Source: Rhodococcus sacchari
GTDB lineage: Bacteria > Actinomycetota > Actinomycetes > Mycobacteriales > Mycobacteriaceae
Direction of reading: 5' to 3'
Length of the DNA stretch: 32,000 nt
Assembly (NCBI RefSeq): GCF_025837095.1
Contig: NZ_CP107551.1
Coordinates: 2,504,668-2,536,667 of the forward strand
Part shown: one piece after another, positions 9,693-20,610 of the stretch
Layout: each line of letters opens with the position of its first letter
Position numbering within the stretch: position 1 is the first letter of the stretch
The notes under the pieces: generated by a model
Database searches by the model: none
What the model was told of the DNA's origin: nothing
Seen by the model: the letters and a program-made list of their open reading frames with translations, nothing else
Program-made: the position numbers and the translations under genes

Positions 9693-12600
9693 GAACCGAT
9701 CGCCGTCATCGGGATGGGCTGCCGGTTCCCCGGTGGTGTGCGGTCGCCCGAGGACCTGTGGCGCGTGGTCGAATCCGGTTCGGAGACCGTCACCGGCTTC
9801 CCCGAGGACCGAGGCTGGAATGCGGCCGCTCTCTACGACCCGAAGGCGGATCGGGCCGGCAAGACCTACACACTGCAGGGCAGCTTTCTCGACGACCCGG
9901 CGGGATTCGACCCCGAGGTCTTCGGCATCTCCCCACGCGAGGCGCTGGCCATGGACCCGCAGCAGCGTCTCCTGCTCGAAACCAGCTGGGAGACCTTCGA
10001 ACATGCCGGTCTGGATCCGCGGTCCGTGCACGGTTCCCGGGTCGGGGTGTTCACCGGTCTGTCCGGCATCGACTACGCGGCGCGGGCCGGGGGCCGGCCA
10101 CCCGCGGATCTCGAGGGGTACTTCATCACCGGCAACGCGATGAGTGTCGCCTCCGGGCGGGTGGCGTACAGCTTCGGTCTGTCCGGACCGGCGATCACCG
10201 TCGACACCGCATGCTCGTCGTCGCTGGTGGCCATCCATCTCGCCATGCAGGCACTGCGGGGCGGCGAGTGCGAACTGGCGTTGGCGGGCGGCGCGACCGT
10301 CATGGCGACGCCGGGGGTCTTCGTCGAGTTCAGCCGCCAGCGGGGACTGGCCCCCGACGGGCGCTGCAAGGCGTTCTCGGCCACCGCCGACGGCACCGCG
10401 TGGGGTGAGGGCGCGGCGATGGTCGCGTTGGAACGGCTGTCCGACGCACAGCGCCACGGGCGGCGGATCCTCGCGGTGATCCGGGGCAGCGCGATCAACC
10501 AGGACGGTGCCAGCAACGGCCTGACCGCACCGAACCGGCAGGCCCAGGAACGCGTCATCCGGCAGGCACTGACCGATGCCGGGCTCGGCCCGGGCGACGT
10601 CGACGTGGTCGAGGCGCACGGCACCGGCACCACCCTGGGCGATCCGATCGAGGCATCCGCCCTGCTGGCGACCTACGGCCGCGAGCGTCCCGCCGACCGG
10701 CCGCTGTGGCTCGGCTCGGTGAAGTCGAATCTCGGGCACACCCAGGCCGCCGCCGGGGTGGCCGGGGTGATGAAGACGATCATGGCGATGCGGCACGGCG
10801 TCCTGCCGAAGACCCTGCACGTCGACCGGCCCACCCCGCACGTCGACTGGTCTTCCGGATCCGTGGCCCTGCTGACCGAGCACCGGGAGTGGCCCGAACT
10901 CGACCGGCCCCGCCGGGCGGCGGTCTCCTCGTTCGGCATCAGCGGCACCAACGCGCACGTCGTCCTGGAACAGTCCCCGCCGGCCGAGGCACCGGCCCCC
11001 GACCGGACGGCGCCCACGGGTGAGTTCGTGGCCTGGTGCGTGTCCGGCCACACCGAGTCCGCGCTGCGCGCCCAGGCCGAACGGTTACGCGACCACGTGT
11101 CGGCCCACCCCGACCCGACGCCTGCCGCGGTCGCCGGGGCGCTGCTGGGCTCGCGTGCCACCTTCGACCACCGCGCCGCCGTCATCGGTGCACGGTCCGA
11201 GACCCTGCTCGGCGGTCTCGACGCACTCGCGCGCGGCGCCCCGAGCGCCGACGTCGTCACCGGTGTGGCGGTGGAGGCCGGGGACCGACCGGTGTTCGTC
11301 TTCCCCGGTCAGGGGTCGCAGTGGGTCGGGATGGCCGCGGACCTGCTGGACACCTCACCGGTGTTCGCCGATGTCGTGCGCGACTGCGCCGAGGCACTGG
11401 CGCCGCACACGACGTTCGCGCTGCTCGACGTGCTGCGTGACCGGGATCCGGCGTCGCTGGACCGCGTCGACGTGGTGCAACCGGCACTGTTCGCGATGAT
11501 GGTCGGGCTCGCCGCGTTGTGGCGCTCCCACGGGGTCGAACCCGCGGCGGTGGTCGGGCATTCGCAGGGTGAGATCGCCGCCGCTCATATCGCCGGTGCG
11601 CTGAGCCTGTCCGATGCGGCGCTGGTCGTCGCCGCGCGCAGCCGGGTGATCGCGGCGTCGGCGCGGCGCGGCGGCGGGATGGCGTCGGTGGCGCTTCCCG
11701 AGGACGCGGTGCGGGATGCGATCGCTCCCTGGGCCGGTGCCGTCGAGGTGGCCGCGATCAACGGGCCGTCCACGACGGTGGTGTCCGGTCCCGTCGAGGC
11801 ACTCGACGAACTGGTCGGGCGGTGGCGGGAGGACGGCGTCCAGGCCCGCCGGATCGCGGTGGAGTACGCCTCGCACTGCGCGGACGTGTCGGTGCTGCGC
11901 GAACCGATCCTCGACGTGCTGGCCCCGGTCCGTCCGCGCCGGTCGAGGATTCCGTTCTACTCGGCGGTGACCGGCGGCGAGCTGGACGGTGCCGCGCTCG
12001 ACGCCGAGTACTGGTACCGGAATCTGCGCCACCCGGTCCGTTTCGAGCAGGCGACGAGAATGCTGGTCGCGGACGGGTACCGCCTGTTCGTCGAGTCGTG
12101 CAGCCATCCCGTCCTGACCGTGCCGATGCAGGAAACGCTCGACGCGGAGGGCGTCGCCGGTCGTGTCGTCGGCACTCTCCGGCGCGACCGGGCGGACCTG
12201 CGTCAGTTCACCGCCGCACTCGCGGACGCGTACGTCCACGGTGTGCAGGTCGACTGGGAGCGGGTGCGGTGGGCGCGGCGCCCCGAAGGGCAGCCGTGGG
12301 TGGACCTGCCCACGTACGCATTCCAGCACCGCCGCTACTGGCTGGACGCCCCCGCGCCGGAGGGTGATGTCGCGTCGGCCGGCATGGACACGGGTGGGCA
12401 TCCGATGCTCGCCGCGTCGGTCGACCTCGGTGACGGCCGGGGCGCGGTGTCCACGGGGGTGCTGTCCCTGCGGCGGCTTCCGTGGCTGCACGACCACATG
12501 GTCGGCGACATCGTCGTGCTGCCCGGCACGGCTTTCGTGGAACTCGCGCTGCACGCGGGCAGCCGCGTCGGCTGCGATCGGCTCGACGAGCTCACCCTGG

Positions 12601-15600
12601 AGGCGCCGCTGGTGATCCCCGCCGACGGTGAGGTCGCGGTGCAGGTGAGTGTGCTCGCCGACGCCGGGACCGGCCGATACGCGGTGTCGGTGCACTCGCG
12701 GCCTGCGGACTCCCCGCCGGACACGTCGTGGACCCGGCACGCCACCGGCACGCTCACGACCGCGGTCCTGGGCGGCGCCGATTTCCCGGAACCGCAGTGG
12801 CCACCCACCGGTGCCGCACCGGTCGACGTCCGCGGTCTCTACGACCTGCTCGACGAGGCCGGCTACGGGTACGGTCCGGTCTTCCGGGGTCTGCGGGCGG
12901 CGTGGCGCCGCGGCGACGACATATTCGGTGAGGTGCGCCTGGGCGGTGAGGATCCGGCCGCGGTGGTCGCGGGGTACGGGATCCATCCGGCGGTGCTCGA
13001 TGCCGCTCTGCACCTGATCGCGCTCGGAGCCACCGAGACCGGTGTGCGGATGCCGTTCGCGTGGCGGGACGTGCAGGTGCATGCCGTGGGCGCCTCCGCG
13101 CTGCGGGTGCACGTCGCCGGGACCGGACCGGAGCGCTATCGGGTGTCGGCCTACGACGCGGCCGGCCGGCCGGTGGTGACCGCGGACTCGCTGACGCTGC
13201 GGCCTCTCGGGGAGACGGGTGTTCCGGTCCCGGGGGCCGGCGCCGGCCTCTACCGCGTCGAGTGGGTGCCGGTCGCGCCGCCGGCGGACCCGATGCCGGT
13301 GGACCTGCTGCCGCTGCCGGAGGCGCTCGCCGGGGACGATCCCGCCGGTCGTGTTCTGTGGCTGCCCGCCACACCGGGCATCGAACCCGATACACCGGCC
13401 CGCGCGCACGCCGCAGCCGAGGCGACGCTGCACGCGGTGCAGTCCTGGCTCCGGGACGAACGCCTGGCCGACACCCACCTGCTGGTCACGACGAGGCACG
13501 CGGTGGTGGTCCGGGACGACGAACCGCCGGTCGACGATGTCGCCGCCGCACCCGTCCGGGGCCTGCTCGGTGCCGTGCAGAACGAGCATCCCGATCGCAT
13601 CACCCTGGTGGACCTGGACGGACCGTCCGGCGAACTCCCCGATCCGGCGTTGCTGTCGGCAGCTCTGTCCTGCAACGAATCCCAGCTGGCGGTCCGGGAC
13701 GGGGCGCTGCTGACACCGATGCTCGCCGCGGTGGCACCCGCCGCGGCGACGCCCGACACCGGTGCGCCGCCCTTCGGCCCGGACAGCACGGTTCTGATCA
13801 GCGGGGGCACCGGGACCATCGGCCGGCTGATCGCCCGCCACCTCGCCGGCCGGTACGGGGTGCGCAGGCTCGTGCTCACCGGTCGGCACGGACTCGACGC
13901 CGAGAGCGCGGCCGCGCTGCGCGCCGAGTTCGCCGCCACCGGAACCGACGTCGAGATCGCCGCGTGCGACGTGGCCGACCGCGCGGCGGTGGCCGCGCTG
14001 CTCGACGGCATTCCCGGCCTCACCGGCGTGATCCACGCCGCCGGGGTGCTCGACGATGCCACCGCCGCCACATTGAGCGCGGAGCAGTTGCACGCGGTGC
14101 TGCGGCCCAAGCTCGACGGCGCCTGGCACCTGCACGAGCTCACCCGCGAACGGGACCTGACCGCGTTCGTGCTGTTCTCCTCCGCCGCCGGGGTCCTCGG
14201 CGGCGCCGGACAGTCGAACTATGCGGCGGCCAACGTCTTCCTCGACGCCCTCGCCCAGCACCGCCGCGCCCGCGGGCTCCCGGCGATCTCCCTGGCCTGG
14301 GGGTTGTGGGATCGCCCGAGCGGCATGACGTCCCATCTCGATGCCGGCGACCTGGACCGGTTGCAGCGCAACGGCATCGACACCATCGACGTGGACTCGG
14401 GGCTGACCCTGTTCGATGCCGCACTCGCCGCGAACCGTCCCCTGCTCGTGCCGCTGCGGCTCTCGAGGTGCGCCGCGCACACCGAGGGGGCCACGCTGCC
14501 GCCGATCCTGCGCCGGGTCCTCGGGAGCCGGCGCCGCCGGGTCGCGGCCACCGCATCGTCGACCGGACTCGCCGACGAGCTGCGCGCGTCGGACCCCGGC
14601 GACCGGTACGGCCGGGTGCTGGACATCGTCACCACCCACGTGGCCGCGGCCCTCGGCTACGACGACAGCGAAGCGATCGACCCGGGGCGGGCGTTCAAGC
14701 AGCTCGGCTTCGACTCGCTCACCGCGGTGGAATTGCGCAATCAGCTGGCCACTGCGACCGGCGTCAAGCTGGCCGCGACGGTGGTGTTCGACCATCCCAC
14801 CGCGGACGCACTCGCGCGGGAGCTGCTCGACCGCCTGCTCGGCAGCGAGACCGCTCCGCAACCGGCGACCGCCCCCGTCCGCACCCGCCGGGACGACGAC
14901 CCGATCGCCATCGTCGGGATGGCCTGCCGGTATCCGGGTGAGGTGCACTCCCCCGACGATCTGTGGCGACTCGTGCGCGACGGCCGGTGCGCCGTCGGCG
15001 AGTACCCCCTCAACCGGGGCTGGAATCTCGACGAGGTGTACGACCCCGATCCGGAACGGACCGGCACCACGTACATGAGGGAGGGTGGATTCCTCTACGA
15101 CGCAGACGAATTCGACGCCGCGTTCTTCGGGATCAGCCCGCGCGAGGCGATCGCGATGGATCCGCAGCATCGATTGCTCCTCGAAAGTGCCTGGGAGGCG
15201 CTGGAACACGCGGGGATCCGGCCGGACGCCCCCGGCCTGTCCGATACCGGTGTCTACATCGGACTGATGGGTGGCGACTACGGCTTCCACCTGATGACCC
15301 GGCGCGACGTCGACGCCGAGGGTTACCTGATGACCGGGACCAGCAACAGCGTGGCCTCCGGCCGGATCGCCTACGCGTTCGGGTTCACCGGTCCGGCGGT
15401 CACCGTCGACACGGCCTGCTCGTCGTCGCTGGTGGCCGTGCACCTCGCGGCCCGCGCGCTGCGGGACGGGGAGTGTGCGCTGGCGCTGGCCGGGGGCGCG
15501 ACGGTGATGGCCACTCCGGGTGTGCTGGTCGAGTTCAGCCGGCAGCGCGGGCTCGCGCCGGACGGCCGCTGCAAGCCGTTCTCGGACCGGGCGGACGGCA

Positions 15601-18600
15601 CCGGGCTCGGCGAGGGCGCGGGAATGGTGGTGCTCGAACGGCTCAGCGACGCCGAACGCCACGGCCACCGGGTGCTCGCGCTCGTCCGCGGCTCGGCGGT
15701 CAACCAGGACGGGGCCTCCAACGGCCTGACCGCCCCGAACGGGCCGTCCCAGGAACGCGTGATCCGGCAGGCGCTGGCGTCCGCCGGACTCGGTCCCGCG
15801 GACATCGACGCCGTGGAGGCGCACGGCACCGGCACGCGACTCGGGGATCCGATCGAGGCGCAGGCGCTGCTGGCCACCTACGGGCAGCAGCGGGACGGGC
15901 GGCCGCTGTGGCTCGGATCGATCAAGTCGAACATCGGCCATGCGCAGGCAGCGGCCGGGGTGGCCGGCATGATCAAGATGGTGATGGCGATGCGGCACGG
16001 GGTGCTGCCGCCGAGCCTGCACGGCGACACACCGACCCGGCACGTCGACTGGACCGCGGGAGAGGTTGCGCTGCTCGCCGAACCGGTGCCGTGGCCGGAC
16101 ACCGGACGGCCCCGGCGCGCCGGGGTGTCGTCGTTCGGGATCAGCGGCACGAACGCGCACGTGATCCTCGAGCAGCCGCCCACACCCACGCCGCCGGAGG
16201 TGACGCCGCCGCCGGCGGTCCCACTGGCCTGGGTGCTCTCGGGAAGGACCGAGCAGGCGCTGCGCGCGCAGGCGGCTCGGCTGGCGGAATTCTGTGGGAG
16301 CGCGGATCTCCCGGATCCGGCCGACCTCGCGTACTCGCTGGCCACCACCCGGTCCGGTTTCGCCCACCGCGCCGCGGTGGTCGGCACGACACCGGCCGAG
16401 CTGCTCGACGGCCTGACCCGCCTCGCGGCCGGGCGGTCCGGCGGCACCGTCGTGACCGGAACGAGCACCCGGGGCCGGACGGCGTTCATGTTCACCGGTC
16501 AAGGTGCGCAGCGCATCGGGATGGGGCGCGGCCTGTACGAGACCTACCCGGTGTTCGCCCGCGCCCTGGACGAGGTGTGCGCCGCGCTCGACGAGCACGT
16601 CGAAATCCCGGTGCGGCAGGTGCTCTGGGACGACACCGGCGGTGCGCTCGACCGCACCGAGTACACCCAGCCGGCGCTGTTCGCCGTCGAGGTCGCGCTG
16701 TACCGGTTGCTGCGGGAGTGGGGCCTCGGCCCCGATTGTCTGATCGGCCATTCGATCGGCGAGATCGCCGCCGCCCACGTCGCGGGGGTGTTCGACCTGC
16801 CCGATGCCGCCGCCCTCGTGGGTGCTCGCGGCCGGTTGATGCAGTCGACCGAACCGGGCCTGATGCTCGCCGTGCGGGCCGGTGAGCAGGACATCCTGTC
16901 GCGGATCGACGGCCGTGTCGACCTCGCCGCCGTCAACGGCCCCGACGCGGTCGTGCTGTCGGGCGCCGAACGCGACATCCGCACCGTCGCCGCCGAGCTG
17001 TCCGCCGCCGGGCTGCAGACCACGACCCTGAGGGTGGGCCGAGCCTTCCATTCGGCCTTGATGGAACCCGTCCTCGATCGGTTCACCGCCGTGGTGGCGC
17101 GGCTGAGGCCGCAGCCACCGGAGATCCCGGTGATCTCCGACGTCACCGGACGCGTCGCGACGGCCGAGGAACTCGCGTCCCCGGACTATTGGGCCCGGCA
17201 CCTGCGGCACACCGTGCGTTTCCACGACGGGGTGCGCACACTCGACGGCCTCGGCGTCACCCGCGTGGTCGAGGTCGGTCCCGGTGCGACCCTGACGTCG
17301 CTCGCCTCCGAGCTCGTACCGACCGCGATCGCCACGTTGCCCGGTCGCGGCGACGAGGCACACGAGGTCGTCGAGGCAGTGGCCGCGGCGTTCGTGCACG
17401 GCGTCACGATCGACTGGGATCGGATGCTGCCCGGCCGCCGCCGGGTGGAGCTGCCCACCTATGCGTTCCAGCGGCGGTCCTTCTGGCCGACCGCACCGAC
17501 GCGCGCGAGCGGCGATCCGGTGGAACTGGGGCTGAGCGCAGCCGGTCATCCCCTGCTCGGTGCCGTGGTGCCGCTCGAGGACGACGCGGTGATGTTCACC
17601 GGACAGCTGTCGCTGCACCGGGATTCGTGGCTCGTGCCGTCACCGTCGGACGACGATGCCGAGCCGTCGTCCGATGAGGAGAAGACGGTGCTGCCGACGG
17701 TGCTGGTCGATCTCGTCCTGCACGCGGCGCACCATGTCGGTCTCGGCCACGTCGCCGAACTCACCGTGCACCGTCCGCTCCTGCTCGCGCCGTCGGGGCA
17801 GGCGTCGATCCGTGTGCACGTGTCGGCGCCCGCCAGTGACGGCAGTCGCACGGTCACGATCTCGTCCACCCCGAACGAGACCGAGGGTGCGGACACCTGG
17901 ATGCGGAACGCCTCGGCGACGATCGACGATGTCGCCGCACCCGGTGGGGCACCTCGCGTCGCGGTCGACGCCGACACCGAGGTGCAGCTCGACACCGACA
18001 CCGAGGTGCACCTCGACGACGGCACCGACACGGACGGTTTCGGCATCCATCCGGAGCTCCTGCAGGCGGCGCTCGCACCGCTGCTCGGCGAGGGCGACAC
18101 GCCGCTGGTCTGGTCGGGGATCCGATTGCACAGCGTCGGCGCGGAGGCATTGTCGGTGAGCGTCGACGCCTTCGGGAACGGCCGGTATCGCGTACTCGCC
18201 GTCGATACCGCCGGTGCGCCGGTCCTGACCGTCGACGCACTGCAGGTCGGGACACCGGCCGGCAGGCCGGGGGCAGCACACGCGGCGGCGCGGCGACTGC
18301 ATCGGCTGTCCTGGGTGCCGGTCGAGACCTCCGCGGCGGACGAGCGGACGCGGACGGTGCTCGTCGAGTGCCGTCCGGCCGGTGGGCCCGGGCCCGACGC
18401 CACCCATGAGCTGTGCACCCGGGTGCTGCGCGTGTTGCAGGAGTGGCTCGACGACGAGGACGCGGACGGAACGCTCGTGCTCGTGACCCGCCACGCGACG
18501 GTCACCGGCACCGAGCCGGACGGCGCGACGGACATCGATCCGGCGGCCGCGGCGGTGTGGGGGCTCGTGGGCTCCGCGCAGAGCGAGAATCCGGGCCGAT

Positions 18601-20099
18601 TCGTGCTGGTCGACCTCGACGACGCGGCGGACCCCGAAACCGCGATCGCGGTCGCGCTGGCAAGCGGGGAACCGCAGTCGGCGGTCCGCAACGGCACCGT
18701 GCTCGCGCCGCGGGTGCGGCCGCTGCGGGTCGTCGACGAGTCCGGTTCACCCTTCGATCCCGACGGCACCGTCCTGATCACCGGCGGTACCGGCACGCTG
18801 GGGGCGCTGCTCGCGCGGCACCTGGTGACCGCCCACGGGGCACGGCACCTGCTGTTGACGAGCCGCCGCGGACCGGCCGCCGAGAGATGCGACCGGTTGC
18901 TGCGCGAACTGGACGATCTGGGGGCCGAGGTGCGGGCGGTGGCCTGCGACACGACCGACGAGATCGCGCTCGCCGAGGTACTGAACGGGATACCGCCGGC
19001 GCATCCGCTGACGGCCGTCGTCCACGCGGCCGGCGTGATCGACGACGCCACCCTGACCTCGCTCACCCCCGGACGCCTCGACGCGGTACTGCGGCCGAAG
19101 GTCGACGCGGCCTGGCATCTGCACCGGCTGACCGCGACCTCCGACCTGCGGGCGTTCGTCGTGTTCTCGTCCCTCGCCGGCATTCTCGGGTCGCCCGGGC
19201 AGGCGAACTATGCCGCGGCGAACATGTTCCTCGATGCGCTCGCCCGGCACCGTCGTGCCCTCGGTCTGCCCGCGCTCTCGATCGCGTGGGGCATGTGGGC
19301 GTCGCCGAGCGCGATGACCGGCGAACTCGGCACGATCGATCTTGTCCGGTCCCGCCGTAGCGGCATGGTGCCGCTGACCGCGGACGACGGCCTGGTCCTC
19401 TTCGACCGCGCGGTGGCGGCCGGGGTGCCCACCGTGGTGGCCGCCCGGTTCGACCACGCCGGCGCAGCCGCACCCTTCGTGCCGGCGCCGCTGCGCGGCC
19501 TGATCCGGGAATCCCGTCCGCGGGCCGCGGGCCCCGCGGCGACCGGATCCACCGGTGCCGGGTCGTCGGAGTGGGCGCAGCGTCTTGCCGAGCGGTCGGT
19601 GCCCGCGCAGCGGCATCTGATGCTCGAGCTGGTCCGGGGCGCGGCAGCCACGGTCCTCGGCTACGACAACCCGGACGCGGTCGACCCGGAGCAGGCGTTC
19701 AAGGAACTCGGGTTCGACTCGCTGGCCGCGGTGACACTGCGCAATCAGCTCGGGGCCGCCACCGGGCTGCGGTTGCCGCCGACGCTGGTGTTCGATCACC
19801 CGAATCCGCGGGCGGTCGCCGAGTTCCTGCGCGCGGAACTGGTTCCGGATCCGATGTCGGTCGTCTGTGCCGACATCGACCGGCTCCGGCTGGACCTCGC
19901 CGAGGTCGGGGAGGACAGGCAGGCGCGGTCCGCGATCGCGGAGCGGCTGGAACACCTACTGGCCGAGATCCGGGCCGACGGCAAGGCCGGTGCCGAGGCG
20001 GTCGATCGGATTCGCGCGGCGACCGGCGAGGAGATCCTGAACCTGATCGACCGTGATCTGGGACCCGGCAACGGGCGCGATCCGTCCGGCAACGGGTGA
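9594..20099 (+). CDS. bimodular type I polyketide synthase: Ndock-KS-AT(methylmalonyl-type)-DH-KR-ACP-KS-AT(malonyl-type)-DH(degenerate)-KR-ACP-Cdock; no loader, ER or TE
   Basis: 3501-aa ORF. Module 1: KS1 ([40 protein letters not shown]); AT1 (GHSQGE, RVDVVQP, YASH); DH1 ([33 protein letters not shown]); KR1 (GGTGTIG, LDD, YAAAN); ACP1 ([10 protein letters not shown]). Module 2: KS2 ([40 protein letters not shown]); AT2 ([18 protein letters not shown]); DH2 lacking His and Asp; KR2 (GGTGTLG, IDD, YAAAN); ACP2 ([10 protein letters not shown]). Confidence 0.95.
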   Translation: MTDQATLLDYLKRVTAELYQVKEKLRESEAVRHEPIAVIGMGCRFPGGVRSPEDLWRVVESGSETVTGFPEDRGWNAAALYDPKADRAGKTYTLQGSFLDDPAGFDPEVFGISPREALAMDPQQRLLLETSWETFEHAGLDPRSVHGSRVGVFTGLSGIDYAARAGGRPPADLEGYFITGNAMSVASGRVAYSFGLSGPAITVDTACSSSLVAIHLAMQALRGGECELALAGGATVMATPGVFVEFSRQRGLAPDGRCKAFSATADGTAWGEGAAMVALERLSDAQRHGRRILAVIRGSAINQDGASNGLTAPNRQAQERVIRQALTDAGLGPGDVDVVEAHGTGTTLGDPIEASALLATYGRERPADRPLWLGSVKSNLGHTQAAAGVAGVMKTIMAMRHGVLPKTLHVDRPTPHVDWSSGSVALLTEHREWPELDRPRRAAVSSFGISGTNAHVVLEQSPPAEAPAPDRTAPTGEFVAWCVSGHTESALRAQAERLRDHVSAHPDPTPAAVAGALLGSRATFDHRAAVIGARSETLLGGLDALARGAPSADVVTGVAVEAGDRPVFVFPGQGSQWVGMAADLLDTSPVFADVVRDCAEALAPHTTFALLDVLRDRDPASLDRVDVVQPALFAMMVGLAALWRSHGVEPAAVVGHSQGEIAAAHIAGALSLSDAALVVAARSRVIAASARRGGGMASVALPEDAVRDAIAPWAGAVEVAAINGPSTTVVSGPVEALDELVGRWREDGVQARRIAVEYASHCADVSVLREPILDVLAPVRPRRSRIPFYSAVTGGELDGAALDAEYWYRNLRHPVRFEQATRMLVADGYRLFVESCSHPVLTVPMQETLDAEGVAGRVVGTLRRDRADLRQFTAALADAYVHGVQVDWERVRWARRPEGQPWVDLPTYAFQHRRYWLDAPAPEGDVASAGMDTGGHPMLAASVDLGDGRGAVSTGVLSLRRLPWLHDHMVGDIVVLPGTAFVELALHAGSRVGCDRLDELTLEAPLVIPADGEVAVQVSVLADAGTGRYAVSVHSRPADSPPDTSWTRHATGTLTTAVLGGADFPEPQWPPTGAAPVDVRGLYDLLDEAGYGYGPVFRGLRAAWRRGDDIFGEVRLGGEDPAAVVAGYGIHPAVLDAALHLIALGATETGVRMPFAWRDVQVHAVGASALRVHVAGTGPERYRVSAYDAAGRPVVTADSLTLRPLGETGVPVPGAGAGLYRVEWVPVAPPADPMPVDLLPLPEALAGDDPAGRVLWLPATPGIEPDTPARAHAAAEATLHAVQSWLRDERLADTHLLVTTRHAVVVRDDEPPVDDVAAAPVRGLLGAVQNEHPDRITLVDLDGPSGELPDPALLSAALSCNESQLAVRDGALLTPMLAAVAPAAATPDTGAPPFGPDSTVLISGGTGTIGRLIARHLAGRYGVRRLVLTGRHGLDAESAAALRAEFAATGTDVEIAACDVADRAAVAALLDGIPGLTGVIHAAGVLDDATAATLSAEQLHAVLRPKLDGAWHLHELTRERDLTAFVLFSSAAGVLGGAGQSNYAAANVFLDALAQHRRARGLPAISLAWGLWDRPSGMTSHLDAGDLDRLQRNGIDTIDVDSGLTLFDAALAANRPLLVPLRLSRCAAHTEGATLPPILRRVLGSRRRRVAATASSTGLADELRASDPGDRYGRVLDIVTTHVAAALGYDDSEAIDPGRAFKQLGFDSLTAVELRNQLATATGVKLAATVVFDHPTADALARELLDRLLGSETAPQPATAPVRTRRDDDPIAIVGMACRYPGEVHSPDDLWRLVRDGRCAVGEYPLNRGWNLDEVYDPDPERTGTTYMREGGFLYDADEFDAAFFGISPREAIAMDPQHRLLLESAWEALEHAGIRPDAPGLSDTGVYIGLMGGDYGFHLMTRRDVDAEGYLMTGTSNSVASGRIAYAFGFTGPAVTVDTACSSSLVAVHLAARALRDGECALALAGGATVMATPGVLVEFSRQRGLAPDGRCKPFSDRADGTGLGEGAGMVVLERLSDAERHGHRVLALVRGSAVNQDGASNGLTAPNGPSQERVIRQALASAGLGPADIDAVEAHGTGTRLGDPIEAQALLATYGQQRDGRPLWLGSIKSNIGHAQAAAGVAGMIKMVMAMRHGVLPPSLHGDTPTRHVDWTAGEVALLAEPVPWPDTGRPRRAGVSSFGISGTNAHVILEQPPTPTPPEVTPPPAVPLAWVLSGRTEQALRAQAARLAEFCGSADLPDPADLAYSLATTRSGFAHRAAVVGTTPAELLDGLTRLAAGRSGGTVVTGTSTRGRTAFMFTGQGAQRIGMGRGLYETYPVFARALDEVCAALDEHVEIPVRQVLWDDTGGALDRTEYTQPALFAVEVALYRLLREWGLGPDCLIGHSIGEIAAAHVAGVFDLPDAAALVGARGRLMQSTEPGLMLAVRAGEQDILSRIDGRVDLAAVNGPDAVVLSGAERDIRTVAAELSAAGLQTTTLRVGRAFHSALMEPVLDRFTAVVARLRPQPPEIPVISDVTGRVATAEELASPDYWARHLRHTVRFHDGVRTLDGLGVTRVVEVGPGATLTSLASELVPTAIATLPGRGDEAHEVVEAVAAAFVHGVTIDWDRMLPGRRRVELPTYAFQRRSFWPTAPTRASGDPVELGLSAAGHPLLGAVVPLEDDAVMFTGQLSLHRDSWLVPSPSDDDAEPSSDEEKTVLPTVLVDLVLHAAHHVGLGHVAELTVHRPLLLAPSGQASIRVHVSAPASDGSRTVTISSTPNETEGADTWMRNASATIDDVAAPGGAPRVAVDADTEVQLDTDTEVHLDDGTDTDGFGIHPELLQAALAPLLGEGDTPLVWSGIRLHSVGAEALSVSVDAFGNGRYRVLAVDTAGAPVLTVDALQVGTPAGRPGAAHAAARRLHRLSWVPVETSAADERTRTVLVECRPAGGPGPDATHELCTRVLRVLQEWLDDEDADGTLVLVTRHATVTGTEPDGATDIDPAAAAVWGLVGSAQSENPGRFVLVDLDDAADPETAIAVALASGEPQSAVRNGTVLAPRVRPLRVVDESGSPFDPDGTVLITGGTGTLGALLARHLVTAHGARHLLLTSRRGPAAERCDRLLRELDDLGAEVRAVACDTTDEIALAEVLNGIPPAHPLTAVVHAAGVIDDATLTSLTPGRLDAVLRPKVDAAWHLHRLTATSDLRAFVVFSSLAGILGSPGQANYAAANMFLDALARHRRALGLPALSIAWGMWASPSAMTGELGTIDLVRSRRSGMVPLTADDGLVLFDRAVAAGVPTVVAARFDHAGAAAPFVPAPLRGLIRESRPRAAGPAATGSTGAGSSEWAQRLAERSVPAQRHLMLELVRGAAATVLGYDNPDAVDPEQAFKELGFDSLAAVTLRNQLGAATGLRLPPTLVFDHPNPRAVAEFLRAELVPDPMSVVCADIDRLRLDLAEVGEDRQARSAIAERLEHLLAEIRADGKAGAEAVDRIRAATGEEILNLIDRDLGPGNGRDPSGNG
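9693..10973 (+). other. PKS domain KS1 (ketosynthase)
   Basis: Runs from [15 protein letters not shown] to [10 protein letters not shown]. The active-site Cys codon is at 10212-10214. Both His motifs are present. Confidence 0.85.
11289..12256 (+). other. PKS domain AT1 (acyltransferase, methylmalonyl-CoA-type signature)
   Basis: [50 protein letters not shown]. Confidence 0.8.
12399..13209 (+). other. PKS domain DH1 (dehydratase, apparently active)
   Basis: HPMLAASV...[25 protein letters not shown] (catalytic His present), GYGPVFRGL, and [13 protein letters not shown] (catalytic Asp present). Confidence 0.75.
13788..14309 (+). other. PKS domain KR1 (ketoreductase catalytic subdomain, B-type LDD)
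   Basis: [59 protein letters not shown]. The structural subdomain lies upstream, at about 13250-13787. Confidence 0.75.
14614..14840 (+). other. PKS domain ACP1
   Basis: [18 protein letters not shown]. The phosphopantetheine Ser codon is at 14715-14717. Confidence 0.8.
14898..16175 (+). other. PKS domain KS2 (ketosynthase)
   Basis: Runs from [15 protein letters not shown] to [10 protein letters not shown]. The Cys and both His motifs are present. Confidence 0.85.
16479..17417 (+). other. PKS domain AT2 (acyltransferase, malonyl-CoA-type signature)
   Basis: [52 protein letters not shown]. Confidence 0.8.
17547..18255 (+). other. PKS domain DH2 (degenerate, predicted inactive)
   Basis: HPLLGAVV...LSLHRDSWL is followed by [18 protein letters not shown] (17634-17687) where the HxxxGxxxxP motif should be. 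[12 protein letters not shown] has Gln (18063-18065) where the catalytic Asp should be. Confidence 0.7.
18768..19298 (+). other. PKS domain KR2 (ketoreductase catalytic subdomain, IDD variant)
   Basis: [59 protein letters not shown]. Confidence 0.75.
19614..19843 (+). other. PKS domain ACP2
   Basis: [18 protein letters not shown]. The Ser codon is at 19719-19721. Confidence 0.8.
19844..20096 (+). other. PKS C-terminal helical tail / docking-like segment (not a thioesterase)
   Basis: [78 protein letters not shown]. About 85 aa with no GxSxG, ending in the ...E(E/L)xxLIDxxLG pattern typical of C-terminal docking domains. Confidence 0.55.
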
Positions 20100-20152
20100 G
20101 TGCCGAGCACGCTCCGCCGAACCCGGACCCTGTCGATTCGATCGGGGACATC

Positions 20153-20401
20153 TCACTGATCGGCATCGTCCGTGCTCGGCTCCGCCTGTTCGTCCGTGGA
20201 CGCCCGCTCGTCCCTCGTCCGCTCCTCGCCCGAGTCCGCGAACGCCGTCCCGGAGACCATCCCGTTCGTCCCCGGCACGGTTGTGGTCTCCCGCGCGCCG
20301 GGTTCGTACATCCGGTCCATCTCCTCGGCCTTCTCCCGCGCCCGCTGCCTGGTCTCCTCGTCGAGGTCGGCCCATTCGGCGCGGTGGTGGCTCTCGCTCA
20401 T
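20153..20401 (-). CDS. small acidic hypothetical protein (82 aa)
   Basis: MSESHHRAEWADLDEETRQRAREKAEEMDRMYEPGARETTTVPGTNGMVSGTAFADSGEERTRDERASTDEQAEPSTDDADQ. ATG at 20401 lies 7 nt after GGAG. GC3-rich codons. No family recognised. Confidence 0.5.
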   Translation of the reverse strand: MSESHHRAEWADLDEETRQRAREKAEEMDRMYEPGARETTTVPGTNGMVSGTAFADSGEERTRDERASTDEQAEPSTDDADQ

Positions 20402-20610
20402 GATCGGCTCCGTTCCGGTCGCAGATTCCGGCTGCACCCCAGGCACACGGCCGGTCGAGAATTCCCCGTCTCCCAGGGTCCTCCCGAGCGCCGCTCCGGG
20501 TCCTGCGAACCGACGAGGAAGTTCTGCGGAACCGTCCTGGCGAGCGCGTGGGCGAGTACCGTCGGAGCGTATGACATCGTGGCTGCGCCGAGCACGGAAT
20601 CCGTGACGTC

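Noticed and set aside
9234-11051. 605-aa minus-strand ORF spanning the MBL 3' end, the spacer and the KS1 antisense
   Set aside because: It crosses an intergenic repeat region and is antisense to two supported genes. The sequence is nonsense-like.
11355-17618. 2087-aa ORF on the minus strand, antisense to the PKS
   Set aside because: Arg/Pro/Gly/His-rich nonsense with no recognisable domain. It is the typical stop-free antisense frame of a very GC-rich gene, and the sense strand carries unambiguous PKS motifs.
19844-20099. Thioesterase or reductase release domain at the PKS C-terminus
   Set aside because: Only ~85 residues follow ACP2. They contain no GxSxG or NAD(P)-binding motif, and the sequence looks like a helical docking tail.
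20521-20532. gttc-tgcg-gaac upstream of the PhoD-like gene as an SOS box
   Set aside because: The half-sites are in the opposite arrangement (GTTC-N4-GAAC rather than GAAC-N4-GTTC), and the flanking TC/GA bases are missing.
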